Assembly (NCBI GenBank): GCA_965242695.1
Contig: CBDESU010000001.1
Span: 1,536,001 to 1,600,000 of the forward strand
Direction: 5' to 3'
DNA length: 64,000 bases
Source of the DNA: Cenarchaeum sp.
GTDB taxonomy: Archaea; Thermoproteota; Nitrososphaeria; Nitrososphaerales; Nitrosopumilaceae
Shown: piece after piece, positions 56,561 to 64,000 of the stretch
Layout: each line of letters begins with the position of its first letter
Position numbering within the stretch: position 1 is the stretch's first letter
Position numbers and translations under genes: made by a program
Notes under the pieces: generated by a model
Seen by the model: the letters and a program-made list of their open reading frames with translations, nothing else
What the model was told of the DNA's origin: nothing
The model's database searches: none

Positions 56561-57142
56561 ATGCTAGAAGCGTTCATGCGGTTCCTCATAGACAATGGCC
56601 TGCTCGGCCGCGAGGCCCCGGTCGGCGACGAACAATGGCTTGACGAGCTGACAGTGGTGAGCTCGTGCACGGCCATAGCAGGCAGGCTCGGTCTGGAACA
56701 TGGATACATGTTCAAGGGGCTCTGGTACGGCCCCAGGTCGGAAAGGCTGGAAGACGAGTTCGAGGAGGCGGGGCCGCGTGCGCGCGCCGGGCTCGGCGGG
56801 GCCGCGCCGCCCCTGCCGGCCGGCTTTGACGCGGAGCGGTTCCTGCGGCTGGCAGCCGGCAGGAACCTCAGGTGGCTAGAGGCCGCATCCAACCTGATCC
56901 TGTCGAGCCATTCGCGGCCCAATGCGGAAGAGCTGGCCGAGCTGGTCGGCGGGAACTCGGACGTGTGGCCCATCGAGTACTGCCTCGGCATAGTAGAGGA
57001 GATGACCTCGCCCGACATCGGCATCGTGCTAGACTACGACAAGTACTCGTACGACCGCCCGTGGCAGCCAGAGGTGGCATCGGCGACGCACCGCCCAAGG
57101 ATTGCAGCGGCCCCCCTGGCCACCCCCGCCGCTGCCGGGTAG
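56561..57142 (+). CDS. SocA/Panacea(DUF4065)/YwgA-like protein, array copy 1
   Basis: GLEHGYMF....YGPRSERL.D and WLEAASNL resemble the GY.F....GP.S..L and WLE.AA motifs. The usual QK..Y motif is absent. Confidence 0.6.
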   Translation: MLEAFMRFLIDNGLLGREAPVGDEQWLDELTVVSSCTAIAGRLGLEHGYMFKGLWYGPRSERLEDEFEEAGPRARAGLGGAAPPLPAGFDAERFLRLAAGRNLRWLEAASNLILSSHSRPNAEELAELVGGNSDVWPIEYCLGIVEEMTSPDIGIVLDYDKYSYDRPWQPEVASATHRPRIAAAPLATPAAAG

Positions 57143-57215
57143 CGGGGCATTCCGGCAGGGTTCTGTCGAGGCGCCACCGCGCAAATCGATATAGGCCCCC
57201 GCTGCGCGCCCGGCC

Positions 57216-57782
57216 ATGTTGCTGGTCGCGTTCATGCGGTTCCTCATAGACAACGGCCTGCTCGGCCGAGAGGCCCCGGTCGGCGACGATCCATGGCTTG
57301 ACGAGCTGACAGTTGTGGGATCCTGCATGGCCATAGCAGGCAGGCTCGGGCTGGAGCACGGGTACATCTTCGATAGTCTCGTGAACGGCGGCCGATCGGA
57401 GAAGATGTGGGACGAGTTTGACGAGGGGGCGGGGCCGCGGGCGCGCGCCGGGCTCGGCGGGGCCGCGCCGCCCCTGCCGGCCGGCTTTGACGCGGAGCGG
57501 TTCCTGCGGCTGGCAGCAGGCAGGGATCTCGAGTGGCTAAAGGCCGCATCCACCCTGATCCTGTCGAGCCATTCGCGGCCCAACGCGGAAGAGCTGGCCG
57601 AGCTGGTCGGCGGGAACTCGGACGTGTGGCCCGTCAAGTACTGCCTCGATATAGTCGGGGAGATGACCGCCCCCGACATCGGCATCGTGCTAGACTACGA
57701 CAAGTACTCGTACCACCGCCCGTGGCAGCCAGAGGTGGCGTCGGCGACGCACCGGCCTCAGTGGTTGAAAATGTGCCCGTAA
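57216..57782 (+). CDS. Array copy 2; last codons displaced by the IS (native tail at 59969..60018)
   Basis: Paralogue of copy 1. ...THRP is followed by the IS TIR, and RIAAAPLAAPAAAG* resumes after the IS. Confidence 0.75.
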   Translation: MLLVAFMRFLIDNGLLGREAPVGDDPWLDELTVVGSCMAIAGRLGLEHGYIFDSLVNGGRSEKMWDEFDEGAGPRARAGLGGAAPPLPAGFDAERFLRLAAGRDLEWLKAASTLILSSHSRPNAEELAELVGGNSDVWPVKYCLDIVGEMTAPDIGIVLDYDKYSYHRPWQPEVASATHRPQWLKMCP

Positions 57783-59968
57783 CTTGACCTACCGCCGTCG
57801 TCTGTCCGCCTCGGGGCGGTATATACCATGGCCGCCTTCGCAGGCATGGCTAGGGACGGCGGCCGGCGGCGGCCGCCACCTGGCGCGGATCGCGGGGCGC
57901 CCGCCCGCGACAGGCCAGCGCACTCTGCCGCGCGGCCGGCGGCCGCGGCCGCGGCCGGCGGCGCGGCGGAAGGGAGCAGGGCCGACCGGCCGGGAACGGG
58001 CAGGATGCGGCGGCAGCGCAGTGCACGGCCAGATGTTGTGCATGGAGTGGAGATCCTGTACGCGGCGCGGCCGCGGCCGCGGCCGCGGCTCCCGGCCGCC
58101 GTGGCCGCCGTGGCGGCTGCGCACGGAGCCCGCCGTCCGCCGTCCGTTGCACAGCGGGACGGGGGGCAGCCTCGGCGGCCGTCGAAAATTCCCCGAGTAT
58201 GAGGGCGAATTTGCGGGGCATGCAGGGCGCCCGGGCCAAAACGCATGCGAAACTCGGCCTGCGAGTTGGGGCCGTGGGAGGGATGAAGCGGCCATCGCGG
58301 CAAAAGCTCGGCGGCTGGCATGCTTGTGCATGAATCGATTTTTTGTCTTGCACTGGTTCGACTTCAGCGAATTGGGCATTGTTAGGAATGAATGTTCTAT
58401 ATATATTTTGCAAGAAAAGATATGCGACGGCGATCCTCGGAACCGGCGTGCGCGGCATGGCGCAAATCGATTCCGTAAAACGGCACAGTAATATTACCAC
58501 CCTGGCGGGCGGGCGCCGTGGACGCGTTTCTGGGGAGAATTGAGGAGCTCGAAGCCGACGTCTCGAGCGTGTTTATGTTTTTCGTGGCAATGATGGCGGC
58601 GTTTGGGTTTCCCCTGTCCGCCCGGTACAATTCGCTGCACGGGCCCATTTCGCTGTGCGCCATCATCGCATCGATGGCATTCACAAAGTCGTGCACCGAG
58701 ACCGCGTCCAAGCTTTTCGCGCTCCGCGTCAAAGACCTGGCGTGGGGCGTCGTCGACGTCAGGTCGCTGCACCTGCCCACATCGCAGTGGGCGCTCAAGA
58801 TGATCGCCGGCCTCGACCACGGCGCGATGGAGGCGGCGTGCAGGGCGGCATTTCGCGCCTGTACAGCCCTGGCCAGGGCGCGCGGGATGATCCCCGCGCG
58901 ACCCCTAGGCATGATAGACGGGCAGAGCTCGGCGTACTACGGGGAAAAGGGCGACATGAAGTACATCACAAGGGGCAAGAGCAAGAACGGCACGACAAAG
59001 TTTCACACGTTCCTGTGCTCCATCATCAGGGCGGGGCAATACCCGCTGCACACGGCAATGTGCCGCATGTGCCCCGGGGTTCCGCTGGAGGAGTACCTCC
59101 GGGACGTGCTCGCGCAGAACCGCGAGGCCGGGATCAGGTGCTCCCACTGGCTCGTCGACAGGCTGTTCTTCAGCGTGGCCGCGATGTACGAGTTCGGCAG
59201 GGTCGACGAGTACTTTCTGATGTACGCGCGCATGACGCCGGGGATCAAGAAGGCGCTCGACGAGTACCTGAGCGGGAAGCGGGCCGCCATGTCCGAGTAC
59301 GTCGTCAGGTCGGGCCGCCGAAAGTTCACAGGAACCCTGGCGTTCGTGGAAAAGACGAGGACGAATAAGAACGGCGAGAGGGAGACGGTCATCCTCCCGA
59401 TCTTTTCGAACCTTCCGCGGGCCCAGCTTGCCGCCGCGATCCGCGACCTGCCGATCGAGATCAAGAAGAGGTGGATACACGAGTCGTCGTTCAGGGTCGC
59501 CACGTTCTCAAAGCCGATGACGACCAGCAACAGCCCCTCGCTCAGGACTTTCTTCTTCGGGATGTCCCTATTCCTCGGCAACATGTCGGTGATAGCGAAC
59601 CACGCAATAGAGGCCCGAAGCCACGCAGAGGGCGGGGAGGTGCCCGTCCCCGAGCCGCCTGCCGACGATCGCCTCGGGGACAAGCGCTGCCTGGCGACCA
59701 AGACAAAGTACAGCATGACATCCAAGGAGTTCCTGAGCCTCCTGGTCTCGGAGGCGGGCAGGCTGCACACCCGGGACAAGAGGGCTCAGGACGACTACAC
59801 CGCCTGGGCGATGGCCAAGAACGCGCACCTGATCCCGCCGCCCGTCCAAGAGCGCCCAATCCTGACGGGGGAGTACGCTTCCGGCATCCCGCGCTGGGCA
59901 TGACGGCGGGCTGGCATACCTTCATAACGGGAAGGTGACAGACCCTGCCGGCACATTTTCAACCACTG
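57759..59968 (+). mobile_element. ISH3-family insertion sequence, 2210 bp
   Basis: Perfect 19-bp TIRs CAGTGGTTGAAAATGTGCC (57759-57777 and 59950-59968). 5-bp TSD GGCCT. Confidence 0.92.
58518..59903 (+). CDS. ISH3-type DDE transposase
   Basis: IDG...YYG...GTT, LVDRLFFS, KKRWIHESSFR and TTSNSPSLRTFFF motifs. Confidence 0.85.
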   Translation: MDAFLGRIEELEADVSSVFMFFVAMMAAFGFPLSARYNSLHGPISLCAIIASMAFTKSCTETASKLFALRVKDLAWGVVDVRSLHLPTSQWALKMIAGLDHGAMEAACRAAFRACTALARARGMIPARPLGMIDGQSSAYYGEKGDMKYITRGKSKNGTTKFHTFLCSIIRAGQYPLHTAMCRMCPGVPLEEYLRDVLAQNREAGIRCSHWLVDRLFFSVAAMYEFGRVDEYFLMYARMTPGIKKALDEYLSGKRAAMSEYVVRSGRRKFTGTLAFVEKTRTNKNGERETVILPIFSNLPRAQLAAAIRDLPIEIKKRWIHESSFRVATFSKPMTTSNSPSLRTFFFGMSLFLGNMSVIANHAIEARSHAEGGEVPVPEPPADDRLGDKRCLATKTKYSMTSKEFLSLLVSEAGRLHTRDKRAQDDYTAWAMAKNAHLIPPPVQERPILTGEYASGIPRWA

Positions 59969-60199
59969 GGCCTAGGATCGCCGCGGCCCCGCTGGCCGCC
60001 CCCGCCGCGGCAGGGTAGCGGGGCATGCAGGCAGAGTCACGTCGAGGCGCCGCCGCGGGTTGTATGCCGTCTGCGGCCGATATGCGCTAGGCGGTCTTCC
60101 CCCCCCCCCCCGCCGTCGGCTGGCGCCTGGTCACGCATGGCGCGTCCGAGGGCAGGCAGGGATCAGCAGGTAGGCGCGCAGGCGCCTTGCAGAGGAAAG

Positions 60200-60870
60200 G
60201 GGGCTTGTCGGGTCGAAAACCATGCGCGGAACGAGCCACTTTGAGGTGTACGTCGTGCCGCATTGTGTCAAGGGGGTGCAGATCGTGGTAGCCCGCCTGC
60301 GCGTCGACGACCTGTCAAACCTTGCAAGGCTCATCCCGTCCTGGCCGACAAGATCAGGGCGCGGGGGATACGCCGTGCTAGGCTGCTCCTTGACAGGGAG
60401 TTCAACGAGGACGGCACGGAGGAGCTGCAAGGACAAGGTTCCGCGGGATCACCTCCTGCCGCAACGCCGAGGCCGTCAAGAAGGCCCACGCCAAGTTTGC
60501 CTAGACCGGAAAGAGGACGCGCGTCGTGCGCATGGCCATCACGGGCAAGGACTGTAGGCAGGTCGAGTACTGGACGTGCATCGAGTCGCGCAAGAAGTGC
60601 GAGAAGGACGGCGAGGACGGCGGCAGAGGCTCGAGGAAGACAGTAGGCCCGAGCCGCACGGGAGGTTCGTCGGGTTCGCGGTCAGCCGGCGATCGGCAAG
60701 GCCCCGCCACTACAAGAAGAGGCGGAGGATCGAGACGCGGTTCAAGATGGTGTAAGACTGGCGGGACAAGACGTCGAGCGCCCTGCCGAACGCCGGCCTT
60801 CTCTGCTTCATCTACTCATGTTCGCCAGCAACGTGTGGGTCGTGATCAATTCCATGTTCTGGTGGCGCCC
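60200..60870 (+). pseudogene. Frameshifted remnant of a second ISH3-type transposase
   Basis: Fragments in different frames: SKTMRGTSHF, ARGIRRARLLLDREF, YKKRRRIETRFK, KTSS...LLCFIYS. Confidence 0.7.
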
Positions 60871-61095
60871 GTCGGACTGCGTTCCGCGGATATCGCCAGC
60901 GGCCGCGCTCTCCATGGGCGTCAGAATGTGGGAAATTTGCGAGCCCAAACCGCCGCCGTGAGGCCCGGAGTTGGGTCGGTTGTCCACCGGCCCGCCTTCC
61001 CGCTGCCGCCGCGCGCGCCCACGGCTGCCGGTTTAGCCCAGGCGGCCCGTGGCGCCCTGGGCCCGGCCGCCGCCTCGCATGCGCCGCGCCTGGAT

Positions 61096-61581
61096 TCACG
61101 CATCGGGGCCGATCTTGAGCCTCTTTATTCTCTTGCCGTCCCGCCTCATCTGCCGCTCCCGTTCTGTGAGCCATGCGGCGTTCTGGAGGACTGAGTCGTT
61201 GGTGATCAACTTTTGCGACATCGGATCCAGCAATGTCTGGGCTGCCACGAACGCGTCCGTCCTTGTCATTCCCTCGACGTTTGCCATTATCTCAGCCGCC
61301 AGCTCGGCCGCCTCGGGGTCCGGCGGCGGAAAGCAGGTGCCGGGATCCGCTACCCTCTCGACCTCCCGCAGCATCTTGCGTACTGGCTCCTCCCACTCGC
61401 CGGGTCCATAGTCCCTCATCGCGGTCGTGACCGCCTCGCCGATGACGATCTGAGGCACCTTTACGTCGTAGTCGCCAGACTCGAGCCGGGCGAATATGTG
61501 GGCTACCCTCTTTCGGTCGGTGGGCTTTTTCGCCAAGAACTCTCTCAGCCCCCATGTATCCACGTATGTGACAATGCCCAT
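61096..61581 (-). CDS. PIN-domain (VapC-like) ribonuclease, copy 2
   Basis: 161-aa close paralogue of 55957..56442 with the same acidic residues. Confidence 0.85.
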   Translation of the reverse strand: MGIVTYVDTWGLREFLAKKPTDRKRVAHIFARLESGDYDVKVPQIVIGEAVTTAMRDYGPGEWEEPVRKMLREVERVADPGTCFPPPDPEAAELAAEIMANVEGMTRTDAFVAAQTLLDPMSQKLITNDSVLQNAAWLTERERQMRRDGKRIKRLKIGPDA

Positions 61582-61695
61582 GTCGCCCCCTCAAATTTGG
61601 GTTATTTAACTTATAGGGGCTTTATATACGGCATATGGTCACGTCGATCGCCCGCGGACCAAAGTCTTATAAAGCCCCCGTTGCGCGCCCCGGCC

Positions 61696-62277
61696 ATGCT
61701 GGAGGCGTTCATGCGGTTCCTCATAGACAACGGCCTGCTCGGCCGCGAGGCCCCGGTCGGCGACGATCCATGGCTTGACGAGCTGACAGTGGTGAGCTCC
61801 TGCATGGCCATAGCAGGCAGGCTCGGGCTGGAGCACGGGTACGTGTTCACCAGTCTCTGGCATGGTGCCCAATCGGAGAGGATGTGGGACGAGTTTGACG
61901 AGGGGGCGGGGCCGCGGGCGCGCGCCGGGCTCGGAGGGGCCGCGCCGCCCCTCCCTGCCGGCTTTGACGCGGAGCGGTTCCTGCGGCTGACGGCCGGCAA
62001 GGACCTCGAGTGGCTAAAGGCCGCATCCAACCTGATCTTGTCGAGCCATGCGCGGCCCAACGCGGAAGAGCTGGCCGAGCTGGTCGGCGGGAACTCGGAC
62101 GTGTGGCCCGTCAAGTACTGCCTCGACATAGTCGAGAAGATGACCTCGCCCGACATTGGCATCGTCCTAGACTACGACAAGTACTCGTACGACGACCCGT
62201 GGCAGCCAGAGGTGGCGTCGGCGACGCACCGGCCCAGGATCGCCGCGGCTCCCCTGGCCCCGGCCGCGGCAGGGTAG
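61696..62277 (+). CDS. SocA/Panacea/YwgA-like protein, array copy 3
   Basis: MLEAFMRFLIDNGLLG start at 61696; variable segment VFTSLWHGAQSERMWD. Confidence 0.75.
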   Translation: MLEAFMRFLIDNGLLGREAPVGDDPWLDELTVVSSCMAIAGRLGLEHGYVFTSLWHGAQSERMWDEFDEGAGPRARAGLGGAAPPLPAGFDAERFLRLTAGKDLEWLKAASNLILSSHARPNAEELAELVGGNSDVWPVKYCLDIVEKMTSPDIGIVLDYDKYSYDDPWQPEVASATHRPRIAAAPLAPAAAG

Positions 62278-62353
62278 CAGGACATGCCGACAGAGTCCCG
62301 CCGAGGCCCCGCCGCGCAAACCGATATAGCCCACCCCGCCGCGCGGCCCGACC

Positions 62354-62935
62354 ATGCTGGAGGCGTTCATGCGGTTCCTCATAGACAACGGCCTGCTCGG
62401 CCGCGAGGCCCCGGTCGGCGACGAGCAGTGGCTTGACGAGCTGACAGTTGTGGGATCCTGCATGGCCATAGCAGGCAGGCTCGGGCTGGAGCACGGGTAC
62501 GTGTTCAAGAGGCTCTGGTACGGCCCCCAGTCGGAAAGGCTGGACGACGAGTTCGAGGAGGGGGCGGGGCCGCGGGCGCGCGCCGGGCTCGGAGGGGCCG
62601 CGCCGCCCCTGCCGGCCGGCTTTGACGCGGAGCGGTTCCTGCGCCTGGCAGGCGGCAGGGATCTCGGGTGGCTAAAGGCCGCAGCCTACCTGATCCTGTC
62701 GAGCCATGCGAGGCCAAACGCAGAGGAGCTGGCCGAGCTGGTCGGCGAGAACTCGGGCGAGTGGCCCACCAAGTACTGCCTCGGCATAGTAGAGGAGATG
62801 ACCTCGCCCGACATCGGCATCGTGCTAGACTACGACAAGTACTCGTACGACGACCCGTGGCAGCCAGAGGTGGCGTCGGCGACGCACCGGCCTAGGATCG
62901 CCGCGGCCCTCTCCATCCCCGCCGCTGCCGGATAG
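62354..62935 (+). CDS. SocA/Panacea/YwgA-like protein, array copy 4
   Basis: Variable segment VFKRLWYGPQSERLDD. Confidence 0.75.
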   Translation: MLEAFMRFLIDNGLLGREAPVGDEQWLDELTVVGSCMAIAGRLGLEHGYVFKRLWYGPQSERLDDEFEEGAGPRARAGLGGAAPPLPAGFDAERFLRLAGGRDLGWLKAAAYLILSSHARPNAEELAELVGENSGEWPTKYCLGIVEEMTSPDIGIVLDYDKYSYDDPWQPEVASATHRPRIAAALSIPAAAG

Positions 62936-63011
62936 CGGGGCATGCCGGGCGGAGTCACGTCGAGGCCCGCCGCGCAAACCGATATAGCCCACCCCGCTGT
63001 GCGGCCCGACC

Positions 63012-63600
63012 ATGCTGGAGGCGTTCATGCGATTCCTCATAGACAATGGCCTGCTCGGCCGCGAGGCCCCGGTCGGCGACGAGCAGTGGCTTGACGAGCT
63101 GACAGTGGTGAGCTCGTGCACGGCCATAGCAGGCAGGCTCGGGCTGGAGCACGGGTACATGTTCAAGGGGATCTGGTACGGTCCCCGGTCGGAAAGGCTA
63201 GAAGACGAGTTCGAGGATGGGGCGGGGCCGCGGGCGCGCGCCGGGCTCGGAGGGGCCGCGCCGCCCCTGCCGGCCGGCTTTGACGCGGAGCGGTTCCTGC
63301 GGCTGGCAGGCGGCAGGGATCTCGAGTGGCTAAAGGCCGCATCCTACCTGATCCTGTCGAGCCATGCGCGGCCCAACGCGGAAGAGCTGGCCGAGCTGGT
63401 CGGCGGGAACTCGGACGTGTGGCCCGTCAAGTACTGCCTCGACATAGTCGAGAAGATGACCTCGCCCGACATCGGCATCGTACTCGACTACACAAGTACT
63501 CGTACGACGACCCGTGGCAGCCAGAAGTGGCGTCGGCGACGCACCGGCCCAGGATCGCAGCGGTTCCCCTGGCCGCCCCGGCCGCGGCCGGGCAGCGTGG
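63012..63600 (+). CDS. SocA/Panacea/YwgA-like protein, array copy 5; 1-nt deletion near 63491 frameshifts the C-terminus
   Basis: TACACAAG here versus TACGACAAG in the other copies. Variable segment MFKGIWYGPRSERLED. Confidence 0.7.
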
Positions 63601-64000
63601 CATTCTGGCAGATCACCGTAGAGGCGCCGCCGCGGGCCGCGTGCAGTCTGCGGCAGATATGCGCTAGACGGTCTTCCCGCCCCTCCCGCCCCCCCCCCCC
63701 CCCCCGCCGTCGGCTGGCGCCCGGGGCGCCTCTTCCTGACCGGGCGCGACGACGATCCCGCCCCTGCGCATACGGAAGGTTGTCCTGGACGTCCTGGCAC
63801 AGCATGCCGATGAGCGGCATCGGCATTGTGCTTTGATAGATGCGGTTCCCGCACATGTTCACGCTGACGGCCATTCTGTCGTGCCGCCTTCCACCTTGGC
63901 ATGCTAGGGGCCGGGCAGCGGCGGGGACGGGCACGGTGGCCCGGCGCCTGCCAGGGCCGCGCGCATGTTCGCGGAGGGGCGGAACGCGCGGACGGCGCAG

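Noticed and set aside
56561-63600. Diversity-generating retroelement as the source of array variation
   Set aside because: No reverse transcriptase in the window, differences are not confined to adenines, and there is no non-coding template repeat.
63488-63836. Novel C-terminal extension on array copy 5
   Set aside because: Explained by a single-base deletion (real or sequencing error); the native tail continues in another frame.

Overview
A very GC-rich archaeal window, most consistent with an ammonia-oxidising thaumarchaeote (Nitrosopumilaceae). A host-associated or sponge-symbiont lifestyle is inferred from the composition and the large NHL/TPR proteins. Housekeeping genes include thiDN, glycerate kinase, an Fe-ADH resembling the 3HP/4HB-cycle malonic semialdehyde reductase, an F420 LLM oxidoreductase, aspS, ccdA/DipZ, a CdvB/Snf7 paralogue, psmA, a SPOUT methyltransferase, tandem bioD, tpiA, polB, dCMP deaminase, Hef helicase, parvulin and A-ATPase subunit F. 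Accessory DNA is interleaved with these. The main candidates for new biology are: (1) a duplicated module of a PIN/VapC nuclease divergent from a tandem array of 5 near-identical SocA/Panacea(YwgA)-like genes that differ mainly in one short hypervariable segment (55.9-63.7 kb); (2) two distantly related two-gene operons, each an unknown ~380-aa protein plus a PD-(D/E)xK nuclease (4.9-6.9 kb and 37.6-39.7 kb); (3) two HEPN(RxxxxH)-TPR fusion proteins; (4) a dispersed ~77-nt nested hairpin in 4 copies with G.U-preserving variation; (5) three giant secreted NHL-propeller/Ig-like proteins sharing a C-terminal module. Two IS elements with readable TIRs and TSDs (IS5/ISL2-like and ISH3-like) are present. 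No rRNA, tRNA, CRISPR array or cas genes were recognised. All family calls come from motif recognition by eye, not from database searches.
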